Origin: Escherichia phage FL18
DNA length: 64,000 nt
Reading direction: 5' to 3' (one strand)
Sequence record: PP400780
Part shown: positions 1 through 9,251 of the stretch, piece after piece
Layout of the letters: each line of letters starts with the position of its first letter
Position numbering within the stretch: position 1 is the stretch's first letter
Notes under the pieces: model-generated
Seen by the model: the letters and a program-made list of their open reading frames with translations, nothing else
Told to the model about the DNA's origin: nothing
Database searches by the model: none
Program-made: the position numbers and the translations under genes

Positions 1-21
1 TCTTAACGAGAGGAAAATATT

Positions 22-975
22 ATGACACGTTCACATTACATTGATTATTTTGCAGGTCTTATCGCTAACGTTCATGCCCAACGTGCTTCTGGTTCATTAG
101 GATTTGATGTTCCACACCGAGTTGTAGTAAGTGGTATTCTTCGCGATTTTGGTACATACACAGGCCAAGAAAATCATATCTGTAAAGATACTCAGAATGC
201 GTATTCTCATTCATTAGGGACACTGCTTCAATGGTTCAAACGTTCTCGTTTATTATCTTCGACTGTAGCTCGCGATAACATTAAAAACTTTATGAAGCCG
301 AGCTTTATTAAATCTGCGACATCTAAAACCGATTTGGTTGAATTCACTATTGTTAATGATGTTAAAAAGACTCATTTGGCTGATTGGTTATCTACCATTC
401 CTGAAACTAAATTTGCTGATAAATTTGCTTGTGAATTCAATAACCAAGTGAATATGCTTTTTAAACATTCTCGTAAATTATTTACAGGTGGCGATGGTCG
501 TACAAATAAAGTTCATGCTAAAGATTGGGTTACTGCAGTATTCAAACCAACCGGTAATGGTAACGCATCATTGTCAATTGATATCCAGGTTCCTTATTAC
601 TACTCACGTAATCTCGGTACCATGAAAGCCGAAGAAATTAATAAGCGCAACAAAACCGTTCGTTCGCTGTCTTATAAACTTTGTACGATGTTACAGATTA
701 TGGATGTTGTTGAAATGTTCGACGAAACCGAAGATAACGGTTCAATGTTATTCAGTTCTAATATTCGAATTAAGCTGAAGAACCCTAATACATATAAACC
801 TAAGCCTATTAAAGAACCTAAAGTAGAAAAAGTTGATAACTTAAGAGAAGAACGCGAATATCTCAAATCTCGTCTGAAAGAAGTCGAAGCCCAGATTGCA
901 GAACAGACTAAATCGTTAAAAGCTCTGAATGCGAAAGCGGATGGTTTACGAAATGCCATTGAGGTATTGAAATGA
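22..975 (+). CDS. hypothetical protein upstream of nrdC (nrdC.x series), coiled-coil C-terminus
   Basis: 317-aa ORF, ATG start, stop overlaps next ORF start (ATGA); C-terminal heptad-like charged stretch. Confidence 0.6.
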   Translation: MTRSHYIDYFAGLIANVHAQRASGSLGFDVPHRVVVSGILRDFGTYTGQENHICKDTQNAYSHSLGTLLQWFKRSRLLSSTVARDNIKNFMKPSFIKSATSKTDLVEFTIVNDVKKTHLADWLSTIPETKFADKFACEFNNQVNMLFKHSRKLFTGGDGRTNKVHAKDWVTAVFKPTGNGNASLSIDIQVPYYYSRNLGTMKAEEINKRNKTVRSLSYKLCTMLQIMDVVEMFDETEDNGSMLFSSNIRIKLKNPNTYKPKPIKEPKVEKVDNLREEREYLKSRLKEVEAQIAEQTKSLKALNAKADGLRNAIEVLK

Positions 976-1286
976 AAAAGCGTCTATTAGAAGACATTGC
1001 AGCTTCAAGTAATTCCAGTTTAATTAAAATTATTATGGCCGGTGAAGAAGACGATCTGGAAATGCGCGGAAAGATTCATGGTTGTGATGATTATAGCAGC
1101 CCTATTAATTGGAATTCTGTAATGGTCATGGTTGAACGCCGCGAACGTGCTTCTAAAAACGTTCCTAATTGCCCTGAATGTGGAACTGAACAGGTGCAAT
1201 TGGTCCATTGGCAGACTAATAATCTTCGTTATAAATGTCGCCATTGTAAACACCGATTTGACCGAGAAGAAAATGACCAAGCGTAA
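972..1286 (+). CDS. zinc-ribbon protein
   Basis: 104-aa ORF with CPEC-x17-CRHC motif; translationally coupled to upstream ORF. Confidence 0.55.
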
Positions 1287-1431
1287 AGAATATATGGAGA
1301 CTGCTGAAAAGGCAGTCCGTGAATTAGCAATAGCTTATTATAATGAACATGGTAAATTTCCTGATAGATACAGCGTGCTTAAATCAGCTTTAACTCGTTC
1401 ATATAAAAAATATGCTATCAGAAGTAAGTGA
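1273..1431 (+). CDS. small hypothetical protein (52 aa)
   Basis: Internal ATG (MTKRKEY) of ORF 1132..1431; upstream part overlaps previous gene in another frame. Confidence 0.3.
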
Positions 1432-1517
1432 TATTATATACAAACATAAAGAACAAACGGGCCAAAGTCTTGATTACGACGAGACTTTTAAACAAGTACT
1501 AGGAATTAAGGAATAAT

Positions 1518-1781
1518 ATGTTTAAAGTATATGGTTATGATAGCAACATCCATAAATGTGTGTATTGCGATAATGCAAAACGTCTTTTGACCGTGAAGAA
1601 ACAGCCATTTGAATTTATCAATATTATGCCGGAAAAAGGTGTTTTTGATGATGAGAAAATTGCTGAGCTTCTGACTAAACTAGGTCGTGATACTCAAATC
1701 GGCTTGACAATGCCTCAGGTATTTGCTCCTGATGGAAGTCATATTGGTGGATTTGACCAACTGCGAGAATATTTTAAATGA
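1518..1781 (+). CDS. nrdC: glutaredoxin/thioredoxin NrdC
   Basis: 87 aa, CVYC active site, matches T4 thioredoxin as recalled; RBS AAGGA upstream. Confidence 0.95.
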   Translation: MFKVYGYDSNIHKCVYCDNAKRLLTVKKQPFEFINIMPEKGVFDDEKIAELLTKLGRDTQIGLTMPQVFAPDGSHIGGFDQLREYFK

Positions 1782-2113
1782 ACGATATTGATTTTGCCAA
1801 AGCATATAAATTTGTAGCAACTCTTCTCGGCCCTGACGCTCCTACTAAGCTTGAAGTTTTAAATTCGATTCCGACTTCATTGGTTCGAGATGCTGAAATA
1901 TGGACATGGGACGACCCAGCTGTTTGTGAAGACCTGTACATTCTGATGAATGACATGATGGTTAAAAAGCCTGAAACAATGGTTACTATTACTGTTGAAG
2001 AATATAATCGCCTACAAGCCATCGAAGAGCTTCTGTGGAATGTTGAATCTGATTTGCCATCTGGGCTAGAATCCTGGGTTGATTATGAAGAGCTCAATAA
2101 GCTCCGCGGTTAA
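1778..2113 (+). CDS. hypothetical protein (49.x-like)
   Basis: 111-aa ORF, ATGA overlap with nrdC stop. Confidence 0.6.
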   Translation: MNDIDFAKAYKFVATLLGPDAPTKLEVLNSIPTSLVRDAEIWTWDDPAVCEDLYILMNDMMVKKPETMVTITVEEYNRLQAIEELLWNVESDLPSGLESWVDYEELNKLRG

Positions 2114-2163
2114 ACCGTGGTATTCGGCTCGACTGTCTCCCATCGAGCCAGACGTCGAAACAG

Positions 2164-2192
2164 TTTACAACGACGAAGAAACATGTTATGAT
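2164..2192 (+). promoter_or_regulatory. T4-type early promoter (TTTACA -35, TGtTATGAT extended -10)
   Basis: GTTTACA followed about 17 nt later by TGnTATGAT; preceded by inverted repeat GGCTCGA..TCGAGCC. Confidence 0.4.
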
Positions 2193-2241
2193 GAGCCTTC
2201 AATAAATGAATTAATTGATATGGAAATGGGAAGAGATTATT

Positions 2242-2412
2242 ATGCAAGTTAAATTATTGTACCGTTTATTAAAAAATGGCAAGCATGATTGGTATTTGCT
2301 TATTAAAACCGATCAGAATTTTTTCTCCGGACACCCATTTACAGTTCGTCCTACTAAACGTCAGCTTCGCAAAGCTAAACGTTCTCATCGTAACTTTTAT
2401 AACGTTTACTAA
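2242..2412 (+). CDS. small basic protein with VRPTKRQLR tail motif
   Basis: First ATG of ORF 2215..2412 (track start is TTG); C-terminus shares motif with ORF 30152..30364. Confidence 0.4.
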   Translation: MQVKLLYRLLKNGKHDWYLLIKTDQNFFSGHPFTVRPTKRQLRKAKRSHRNFYNVY

Positions 2413-2414
2413 AT

Positions 2415-2422
2415 TATAAATA
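2415..2422 (+). promoter_or_regulatory. late promoter TATAAATA upstream of gene 49
   Basis: Exact TATAAATA about 30 nt upstream of the gene 49 ATG; T4 late promoters are defined by this gp55-recognised element. Confidence 0.55.
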
Positions 2423-2451
2423 CCCTTATCTATTTAAGGTAAGGGTTTATC

Positions 2452-2925
2452 ATGTTATTATCAGGCGCAAAATATAAAGAAGAAAAACAAAAATTTTATG
2501 ATGCACAGAATGGTAAGTGTCCTATTTGCCACCGTGAATTAGACCCTGATGTTCAAGGTAACCATCTTGACCACGACCACGAATTAAACGGGCCAAAAGC
2601 CGGTAGAGTTCGTGGATTACTCTGTAATCTGTGCAACGCAGCAGAAGGTCAAATGAAGCATAAGTTCAACCGTTCCGGTCTTAAAGGACGTGGTGTCGAC
2701 TACCTCGAATGGCTTGAAGCTCTTCTTGTTTATTTGAAACAAGATTATTCTGATAATAATATCCATCCTAATTTTGTTCCAGACAAAACTAAAGAGTTCT
2801 CAAGACTAGGTAAAGAGGAAATGATGGCTGAGATGCTTCAAAGAGGATTTGAATATAATGAATCTGACACCAAAACACAGTTAATAACTTCATTTAAGAA
2901 GCAGCTTAGAAAGAGTTTAAAATGA
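2452..2925 (+). CDS. 49: endonuclease VII (Holliday junction resolvase)
   Basis: 157 aa; CPICHRELDP..HLDHDHE..GLLCNLCNAAEG zinc/HNH-like core as in T4 endo VII. Confidence 0.95.
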   Translation: MLLSGAKYKEEKQKFYDAQNGKCPICHRELDPDVQGNHLDHDHELNGPKAGRVRGLLCNLCNAAEGQMKHKFNRSGLKGRGVDYLEWLEALLVYLKQDYSDNNIHPNFVPDKTKEFSRLGKEEMMAEMLQRGFEYNESDTKTQLITSFKKQLRKSLK

Positions 2926-3590
2926 ATGTAGTATATAAACTATCATTTATTAGTAGAATTAATGCTAAAACCCCGCCATATTATTATATTGGAAGTAAAA
3001 CCAATTGCACTTTTGACGGAACGAATATTATTGATAAAAATGGTAAATTTTATTATTCGTCTTCGTCATCTTCCGAATTTCAAAAAGCTTTGTTGAAAGA
3101 AACACCGAAAGTTGAAATATTATATTTTCAATTAGTCGGAGATGAACAAATAACTAGCATTGAAGCTGAATTTCAAAAGAATATAGAAAAAGATATATGG
3201 AATAAAGAGTATTTTAATTTAGCATATGCTAATGGTCAATTTACAACGTACGGTGTTTCTCCTTCTAAAGAAACTAGAGAAAAGCAATCAATAACCATGA
3301 TTAAAAGAAATCGTAATAAAGGTAAAAATCATGGATTTTATGGAAAGCATCATACTAATTTAGCCAGAAAGAAAATATCAGAAGCTTCTAAAAAATACTG
3401 GAAAGAAAATCCACATCATGGATTTTCGCACACAAAGGAAGCTAAAATTAAAATTGGAATTTCATCTTCTATCAGGCATAAAGGAAGTGGAAATCCGATG
3501 TACGGCGTAAAACCTTGGAAAACTCCTAGCGTTGTTCCATGGAATTTAGGTAAAATGAAAGAAATGGTAAAACGAGTAAAACATGCATAG
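2922..3590 (+). CDS. GIY-YIG-like homing endonuclease-like protein (degenerate motif)
   Basis: 222 aa; VYKLSF...YYIGSK resembles GIY-x(n)-YIG; NUMOD-like GSGNPMYG repeat; paralog of ORF 13128..13661. Confidence 0.55.
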   Translation: MNVVYKLSFISRINAKTPPYYYIGSKTNCTFDGTNIIDKNGKFYYSSSSSSEFQKALLKETPKVEILYFQLVGDEQITSIEAEFQKNIEKDIWNKEYFNLAYANGQFTTYGVSPSKETREKQSITMIKRNRNKGKNHGFYGKHHTNLARKKISEASKKYWKENPHHGFSHTKEAKIKIGISSSIRHKGSGNPMYGVKPWKTPSVVPWNLGKMKEMVKRVKHA

Positions 3591-4413
3591 GTATTATATA
3601 ATTTATAAAATAACAAATATAATTAATTCAAAGGAATATATCGGTGCGCATAGCACCGATAACATAAATGATGGTTATATGGGATCAGGAACATTGATTC
3701 GTGCCGCTTTATTAAAATATGGTAGAAAAAATTTTAATAAAGAAATTTTACATGTTTTTGATAATGAAAAACAAATGTATGATAAAGAAGCTGAACTCGT
3801 AACCGAAGAGTATTGTCTAAAAGAAAATACATATAATATTAAACCTGGTGGAAAAGGTGGAACTGCCTATGAACAGACACTTGAACATCGCCGCAAAAAT
3901 AGTTTAGCAAATAAAGGTAAAAAGAGAACAGAAGAAACTAAAATAGCTATTTCACGTGCTTTAAAGAAATATAAACGTACGCCAGAGCATCAAGCAAATT
4001 TAAATAAAGCCGTAAGCATAGCTATGAAGCGAAAAGATGTTAGAAGTAAATTAGCTGGAGAGCGGTCTGAGAAAGATAAATTACCTATATCAAACGGTGT
4101 TAAAAAATATTACAATTCTTTGAGTGAAGAAGAACGCGAACTTCATCGCAAGCGAATTATTGAAGGTAAAAAGAATTCTCCCATGTCATTGGAATCTAGA
4201 CAAAAGCTTTCAAAAGCTTTAAAAGGACTTCAAGTTGGTTCAAAAAATCCAATGTATGGAAAAATTTCTCCAACTAGCAAAACCGTTTCAGTTGACGGTA
4301 TTAAATATGATTCAATTAAAAAGTGCTCAAATGCCATAAAAGTTTCTAGACATCTTATACTAAAACGCTGTAATTCTACTGATGAAGCTTGGAAAAATTG
4401 GATATTATTATGA
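3583..4413 (+). CDS. GIY-YIG homing endonuclease (Seg/I-TevI-like)
   Basis: 276 aa; IYKITNIINSKEYIGAHS GIY-YIG motif, repeated KNSPMS/NPMYGK NUMOD3-like modules, basic C-terminal DNA-binding region. Confidence 0.75.
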   Translation: MHRYYIIYKITNIINSKEYIGAHSTDNINDGYMGSGTLIRAALLKYGRKNFNKEILHVFDNEKQMYDKEAELVTEEYCLKENTYNIKPGGKGGTAYEQTLEHRRKNSLANKGKKRTEETKIAISRALKKYKRTPEHQANLNKAVSIAMKRKDVRSKLAGERSEKDKLPISNGVKKYYNSLSEEERELHRKRIIEGKKNSPMSLESRQKLSKALKGLQVGSKNPMYGKISPTSKTVSVDGIKYDSIKKCSNAIKVSRHLILKRCNSTDEAWKNWILL

Positions 4414-4880
4414 ATTATGACAGAATATACCCGTGTTGCTTTGTGAATGGCCCTGGATGCAGGGTCGTTCTTTTCGTTACAGGTTGTTTGCATAAATGCG
4501 AAGGGTGTTATAATAAATCAACATGGAATGCTAGAAATGGTGTTCCATTCACTGGTGAAACACTAGAACAATTAATTGAATGTTTGAATAATGATTATAT
4601 AGAAGGATTGACTATAACCGGAGGTGACCCTCTTTATCCTGATAACAGAGACGTGATTCACTCTGTGGTTCAAACTATTAAAAATCTTTATCCCAATAAA
4701 AGCATTTGGTTGTGGACAGGATATAAGTTTGAAGATATTAAACAACTAGAAATGCTTAAATATGTTGATGTTATTATTGATGGGAAGTATGAGAAAAATC
4801 TTCCGACTAAAAAGCTGTGGCGAGGATCAGATAATCAGCGACTTTGGTCAAATACCGATGTGGTGTGGAAACATGATTAA
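4410..4880 (+). CDS. nrdG: anaerobic ribonucleotide reductase activating protein (radical SAM)
   Basis: 156 aa from internal ATG (MNYDRIYP); CLHKCEGC radical-SAM cluster motif; ATGA coupling to upstream gene. Confidence 0.9.
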   Translation: MNYDRIYPCCFVNGPGCRVVLFVTGCLHKCEGCYNKSTWNARNGVPFTGETLEQLIECLNNDYIEGLTITGGDPLYPDNRDVIHSVVQTIKNLYPNKSIWLWTGYKFEDIKQLEMLKYVDVIIDGKYEKNLPTKKLWRGSDNQRLWSNTDVVWKHD

Positions 4881-4995
4881 ATTGAATTATATTATGGATA
4901 CTATAAATGATATGATTTTTCATTTTGGTCCAGAATTTTATTCGCAGTATAGTTTAGTGCTTATCAATGCTTGGTTAATCAATTAAGGGTAAAAT

Positions 4996-5211
4996 ATGTA
5001 TAAATTTCGTAAAGGTTTAGCTGATTTTCTTACAACTGTAACATTCTTTCTGTTTATGGCAGTTGGAGCTATTTTCCTTATTCCTTTTATTGCTATATTT
5101 TTCGTGATTAGTTTGATTTCTCCAGAAAAAGGACTATCTTCTAGTGAGTTCAATGAGCGTCTGGATAAAATTACTAACAAGCTGAATGCGGTTCTTGATA
5201 AAAAGGATTAA
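4996..5211 (+). CDS. small membrane protein
   Basis: 71 aa with one long hydrophobic segment (LTTVTFFLFMAVGAIFLIPFIAIFFVISLI). Confidence 0.5.
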   Translation: MYKFRKGLADFLTTVTFFLFMAVGAIFLIPFIAIFFVISLISPEKGLSSSEFNERLDKITNKLNAVLDKKD

Positions 5212-5213
5212 TT

Positions 5214-5525
5214 ATGATTAGTTTTGAGCGGTATGTAGTAGAGAGTTGGAATGGTTTTGATATGTTCGGTAATGACTATTATTTCTATGAATGTAGTCTG
5301 AACCCAAGCTTCTGGGCTGGACGTGAACAAGACCTCGAAGAAATCAACGCTCGTGCCGATTTGTTAGGTGAACTGCCTACGGTTTATTTTACCTTTGATG
5401 AATCCGGCTTCGTTATCCAGGTTTATTTTCCTGAAGAAAACTCTGGTGAGGATTCTGTTAATCCTCCTTATTGGGCTTACCAAGGAATTATTTCTCGTGG
5501 AACAAAACTCGAACTTAAAGAATAA
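5214..5525 (+). CDS. hypothetical protein
   Basis: 103-aa ORF, ATG 2 nt after previous stop. Confidence 0.55.
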   Translation: MISFERYVVESWNGFDMFGNDYYFYECSLNPSFWAGREQDLEEINARADLLGELPTVYFTFDESGFVIQVYFPEENSGEDSVNPPYWAYQGIISRGTKLELKE

Positions 5526-5820
5526 GATTGAAGTCTATGGAATTCCAGATGAAGTAGGTCGTTGTCCTGGATGTCAATCAGTTACAAAACTTCTAAAGGA
5601 GCTCAATGCTCCTTTTACTTTCTATAAAGTTCTTACAAATAATGGTAAGATTGAGTATGATCGTCCACTGATTGTATCTCTTGCTAAACGCGCTGGATTC
5701 ACATCTCTTAACATTCGTTATCCAGTCATTTTCATTAATGATTCTAGACAAAAGAATATTAAACACTTCAAAGAAACTCTCATTTCACTTGGATATGATA
5801 GAGATATCATAGAAGATTAA
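5398..5820 (+). CDS. nrdH: glutaredoxin-like protein (NrdH-like); start uncertain
   Basis: C-terminal ~97 aa form a CPGC redoxin domain (from about 5530); only in-frame ATG/GTG lie 130-160 nt upstream, overlapping ORF 5214..5525. Confidence 0.5.
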   Translation: MNPASLSRFIFLKKTLVRILLILLIGLTKELFLVEQNSNLKNKIEVYGIPDEVGRCPGCQSVTKLLKELNAPFTFYKVLTNNGKIEYDRPLIVSLAKRAGFTSLNIRYPVIFINDSRQKNIKHFKETLISLGYDRDIIED

Positions 5821-5823
5821 GAC

Positions 5824-5846
5824 GGGCCCTCTGGGCCTTTCTTTCT
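5824..5846 (+). terminator. intrinsic terminator-like hairpin
   Basis: GGCCC-TCT-GGGCC stem-loop followed by T-rich tract just after nrdH-like stop. Confidence 0.45.
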
Positions 5847-5918
5847 CACATTCTGTATATTACCATTCTAAGCTATCGTTCCTTTCTTATCATTCCCTAA
5901 AATATTTTTCACAAAGTT

Positions 5919-5949
5919 GTTTACAACGAGCTCAAACCGTGGTATTATT
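5919..5949 (+). promoter_or_regulatory. T4-type early promoter
   Basis: GTTTACA then about 17 nt then TGGTATTAT. Confidence 0.45.
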
Positions 5950-5978
5950 AACATATGAATTGCCTTTGAGGATTTGAT

Positions 5979-6161
5979 ATGGTTGTGGTTGATAAAGAAA
6001 TTAAAAAGGGACAGTATTATCTTATTAATGGTAATGCTGTTCGCGTTACCTACGTAAATGGTTATGATGTTTATTATCTTATACTTAAGTTACATAAACA
6101 CATGATTTGTGACCGTGCTGTATTTAGTTCAGTTGCTAAGGAAATTAAACTCCATGGGTAA
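5979..6161 (+). CDS. hypothetical protein (55.x series)
   Basis: 60-aa ORF, ATG with GAGGA RBS. Confidence 0.45.
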   Translation: MVVVDKEIKKGQYYLINGNAVRVTYVNGYDVYYLILKLHKHMICDRAVFSSVAKEIKLHG

Positions 6162-6447
6162 AACGTATCGTCGTAAAGACTTAAAAGTGCGTGATTATGA
6201 CTATTTCGGAAAGCGTAAAGCTCCTGACGGTGTAAGTCATAAAGATATGGTTGAAAACATTTTTCGCTCAGATAAATGGCGTAGAATGAAAGGTATTGAT
6301 TCAGAAGTTAAAGATGAGTTAAATCGTCAATTACGCGGTGAAGTAAGAAAGTTGAAAAAATCAGTTTACATTGACGATGATTTTGATTATAATACTTCTC
6401 AACGAGTTGCTAAACGTAAATCAAACGAGTGTTATCGTTACAGCTGA
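6154..6447 (+). CDS. hypothetical basic protein (55.x series)
   Basis: 97 aa from internal ATG (MGKTYRRKD); Lys/Arg-rich. Confidence 0.5.
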   Translation: MGKTYRRKDLKVRDYDYFGKRKAPDGVSHKDMVENIFRSDKWRRMKGIDSEVKDELNRQLRGEVRKLKKSVYIDDDFDYNTSQRVAKRKSNECYRYS

Positions 6448-6454
6448 GGAAAAT

Positions 6455-6586
6455 ATGAATATCAAACGCATGCTTTTTAAGCAAGGGCTATATACTTTAA
6501 ATGTTACTCCAAAAGGCGATACAACTAAGTGGTCAGTAAATGACTGGATTAAATTTATTGATGAAAACGGTAATTGGGAAATTTAA
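6455..6586 (+). CDS. small hypothetical protein (43 aa)
   Basis: ATG preceded by GAGGA RBS. Confidence 0.3.
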   Translation: MNIKRMLFKQGLYTLNVTPKGDTTKWSVNDWIKFIDENGNWEI

Positions 6587-6787
6587 ATGAATCCTGAATC
6601 TAAATTATCGCAGCGAATTGCTGAAGAACGCGCCAAATTTTTCCAGAACATGAAACACAATGGTATTGAGGATGAAGTTTTTCTAAATTGGTTCTGGAAT
6701 AATAAGTATGCAGCATGTGAAGGAGCTTTGTCATTGTCAGTCGCAATGATGTACGAAGGCTGGAAGGGTGCCAAAAAGTTTAGCTAA
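6587..6787 (+). CDS. hypothetical protein (55.x series)
   Basis: 66-aa ORF, TAAATGA coupling. Confidence 0.5.
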   Translation: MNPESKLSQRIAEERAKFFQNMKHNGIEDEVFLNWFWNNKYAACEGALSLSVAMMYEGWKGAKKFS

Positions 6788-6805
6788 GGGCTTCGGCCCT
6801 TTTTG
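6786..6805 (+). terminator. intrinsic terminator (UUCG-loop hairpin + U-run)
   Basis: AGGGC-TTCG-GCCCT followed by TTTTT. Confidence 0.5.
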
Positions 6806-6840
6806 GATAATAAAATTTTTAACGTAATTGAGGATAATGT

Positions 6841-7167
6841 ATGACTATTCAAATTAAAAACGCCATCAATTCTTACGCATATGATAAAGTAGTTTCTTTG
6901 CTAGAAAAAGGCGATATTGTAACTCCTCAAATTTTGGATAAATGGGAAAAAGAGCTTCATCAAATGATGAAACAGAATGATCAGAAGATTGGACGCAACA
7001 CTGTACGTGAATTGTTGGTTCAATATATCTTGTCAGAATTTGATGTTAAAGCTTTTGGTGTAGAATCTAAAGCTTATCAAAAGCATGAAATTTCCGATAA
7101 AACTATTCGTCGCATGAAAAATCAACGCAAGAAAAAAATTGCAGACCTGAAAATTACTAAGGTATAA
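6841..7167 (+). CDS. hypothetical protein (55.x series)
   Basis: 108-aa ORF with ATG and GAGGA RBS. Confidence 0.55.
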   Translation: MTIQIKNAINSYAYDKVVSLLEKGDIVTPQILDKWEKELHQMMKQNDQKIGRNTVRELLVQYILSEFDVKAFGVESKAYQKHEISDKTIRRMKNQRKKKIADLKITKV

Positions 7168-7169
7168 TT

Positions 7170-7385
7170 ATGAACGAAGCTCTTATTAACGATTTGCGTC
7201 TTGCTGGATATGAAGTAAATACAAATGGCATTGGTTTAACTCAAATTGAAGGAAACGGATTCATCCTTGAGTATGAATTTAGCCAATGGTGGTTATATGC
7301 CAATTACGGCGAATTGATTGAATATGTTGACCAATTTGATTCACTAGATGCAGCTCTTGAAGCGGCTAAGTTGATGAATGTATGA
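7170..7385 (+). CDS. hypothetical protein
   Basis: 71-aa ORF tightly packed after previous gene. Confidence 0.5.
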   Translation: MNEALINDLRLAGYEVNTNGIGLTQIEGNGFILEYEFSQWWLYANYGELIEYVDQFDSLDAALEAAKLMNV

Positions 7386-7651
7386 AATTTATTAATATTT
7401 CTATTACTATTGAAAATTATGGCATTTTCTATGTTGACCAATACATGAAAATTTCATTTTTCCCAAATAAGACTGGTGTTGGATATTGGGAAAGTCATGT
7501 TTCTGAATTAAATGAAAGTGAATATGTTAGCACACATGAAAAGTTTTTAGACTTTTTATATCATGCAGATTTAACTAGTCATTATATAGATATTCATGAA
7601 TTTAAAAAGATGATGGAGAAAGTGTTCCAAGCATACTGTTTACTTAGATAA
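7382..7651 (+). CDS. hypothetical protein
   Basis: 89-aa ORF, ATGA overlap. Confidence 0.5.
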   Translation: MKFINISITIENYGIFYVDQYMKISFFPNKTGVGYWESHVSELNESEYVSTHEKFLDFLYHADLTSHYIDIHEFKKMMEKVFQAYCLLR

Positions 7652-7691
7652 CTGATATCCTCTATGCTTTAAGATAGATCTTCAAATATTA

Positions 7692-7700
7692 TGATATAAT
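7692..7700 (+). promoter_or_regulatory. extended -10 element (TGaTATAAT) upstream of gene 55
   Basis: TGATATAAT about 30 nt upstream of gene 55 ATG; TGCTTTA-like box lies further upstream at about 7665. Confidence 0.3.
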
Positions 7701-7729
7701 AGATCTATGAATTGAGCTAAGAGGTGAAA

Positions 7730-8287
7730 ATGTCAGAAACTAAGCCTAAATATAATTACGTAAACAATAAAGAGCTTTTACAAGCTATTATTGATTGGAA
7801 AACAGAATTAGCAAATAATAAAGACCCAAATAAAGTAGTTCGTCAGAATGATACTATCGGATTAGCCATTATGCTTATTGCAGAAGGCTTATCTAAACGT
7901 TTCAACTTTTCAGGATACACCCAGTCTTGGAAACAAGAGATGATTGCAGATGGGATTGAAGCCTCTATTAAGGGACTTCATAATTTCGACGAAACTAAGT
8001 ACAATAACCCGCATGCATACATAACTCGAGCTTGTTTTAATGCTTTTGTCCAACGTATCAAAAAAGAACGTAAGGAAGTTGCAAAGAAATATAGTTACTT
8101 CGTTCATAATGTCTACGACAGTCATGACGATGATATGGTAGCGTTGGTAGATGAAACGTTTATTCAAGACATCTACGATAAAATGACGCATTATGAAGAA
8201 TCCGCTTATAAAGCTCCTGGGGCTGAAAAGAAGGAAGTTGTTAGCGATTCGCCTAGTTTGGATTTTTTATATGAGGACGACAATTGA
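7730..8287 (+). CDS. 55: late-transcription sigma factor gp55
   Basis: 185 aa from ATG ([10 protein letters not shown]); matches T4 gp55 N-terminus and length; GAGGTG RBS. Confidence 0.9.
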   Translation: MSETKPKYNYVNNKELLQAIIDWKTELANNKDPNKVVRQNDTIGLAIMLIAEGLSKRFNFSGYTQSWKQEMIADGIEASIKGLHNFDETKYNNPHAYITRACFNAFVQRIKKERKEVAKKYSYFVHNVYDSHDDDMVALVDETFIQDIYDKMTHYEESAYKAPGAEKKEVVSDSPSLDFLYEDDN

Positions 8288-8486
8288 CATCTCTAACTAC
8301 TTAGAAGAACCTTTTGACGAAGCAATCCCTTATTTGGTAAAACTGTTGGGTCGAGAATTTAAAATTAATTTTGACATCGACCCTTTGAACCCACATGACG
8401 TGTCATTTTCGATAAATGGGACTCCAGTTGAGTACGAGTTCCGTATTGAAGAGGACGGACGTTTTTATTTTAATTTAATGAGATAA
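8271..8486 (+). CDS. hypothetical protein (71 aa)
   Basis: Internal ATG of ORF 8193..8486 overlapping gp55 stop. Confidence 0.4.
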   Translation: MRTTIDISNYLEEPFDEAIPYLVKLLGREFKINFDIDPLNPHDVSFSINGTPVEYEFRIEEDGRFYFNLMR

Positions 8487-8487
8487 T

Positions 8488-8811
8488 ATGACTACCGAGA
8501 TTATTGAAAATAAAGAAGCAGAAGATGCAGTAGCTAAAATGCTACAAGAAATCCAAAAGAAAAATGAAGCTGAAGCACGTAAAAAATCCGAAAAGATTCT
8601 TAAAAAGAATCGTTTTGAACTAAACCGTCTTTATGCTCATGCTCAAGAAGCAGCAATTCAAAACAACTTCGAAGCTTACGAATATGCTATTAAGAAATCT
8701 CGGGATATTCTACGACAACCATATAATGACAAGTTAATTAAAATCCAGTGGGTTACTACTCGTCAGGCTATTGAGGACATCATTAATGGCGCTAGTTCAA
8801 ACAAAGTTTAA
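8488..8811 (+). CDS. hypothetical coiled-coil protein
   Basis: 107-aa ORF rich in E/K/A/Q. Confidence 0.55.
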   Translation: MTTEIIENKEAEDAVAKMLQEIQKKNEAEARKKSEKILKKNRFELNRLYAHAQEAAIQNNFEAYEYAIKKSRDILRQPYNDKLIKIQWVTTRQAIEDIINGASSNKV

Positions 8812-8992
8812 ACGTCTGAAGCTGAACGCAGGGTTCACCCTTAAATTGGGAGGTCCTCTTTGTGTTAAAATTTCTGAAAAGGAATATCACGACGGTTCTA
8901 TTACAGAAATTTGTCCGCCTATTGTAAAGGCACACCCAAAACAACTCGTGTGGGTTGATTCATTTCAAGTTAAGAAATGGTGGAAACGATGA
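8786..8992 (+). CDS. hypothetical protein (68 aa)
   Basis: ATG (MALVQTKFKR) overlapping end of upstream ORF. Confidence 0.35.
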   Translation: MALVQTKFKRLKLNAGFTLKLGGPLCVKISEKEYHDGSITEICPPIVKAHPKQLVWVDSFQVKKWWKR

Positions 8993-9031
8993 GAGAAATT
9001 GATTTAGGCATTTTCTGAGAGGTGCTTATGC

Positions 9032-9205
9032 ATGACGAACATCCCGACTTCTGAAAATTTCGATAAAATCCGTAAAGGCAAAGCAGAAAGAATGAGACGT
9101 TTTAAAGAGTCTTATGATAAAGCTAAAGCCGAAGGAACTATTACATACAAGCCCATTCGATTTAAAAGTTCAAATGAGCCTCTGTACGGTGTACTATGTG
9201 GATAG
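9032..9205 (+). CDS. small hypothetical protein (57 aa)
   Basis: ATG after GAGAGGTG RBS; below ORF-track length cut-off; ends at terminator hairpin. Confidence 0.35.
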   Translation: MTNIPTSENFDKIRKGKAERMRRFKESYDKAKAEGTITYKPIRFKSSNEPLYGVLCG

Positions 9206-9228
9206 GAACTCTTCGGAGTTCCTTTTTT
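9205..9228 (+). terminator. intrinsic terminator
   Basis: GGAACTC-TTCG-GAGTTCC perfect hairpin followed by TTTTTT. Confidence 0.6.
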
Positions 9229-9251
9229 GCTTTATAAACGGATGATAGAAT
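9228..9251 (+). promoter_or_regulatory. MotA-box middle promoter upstream of gene 47
   Basis: TGCTTTA box about 19 nt (centre to centre) upstream of TGATAGAAT extended -10. Confidence 0.45.
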
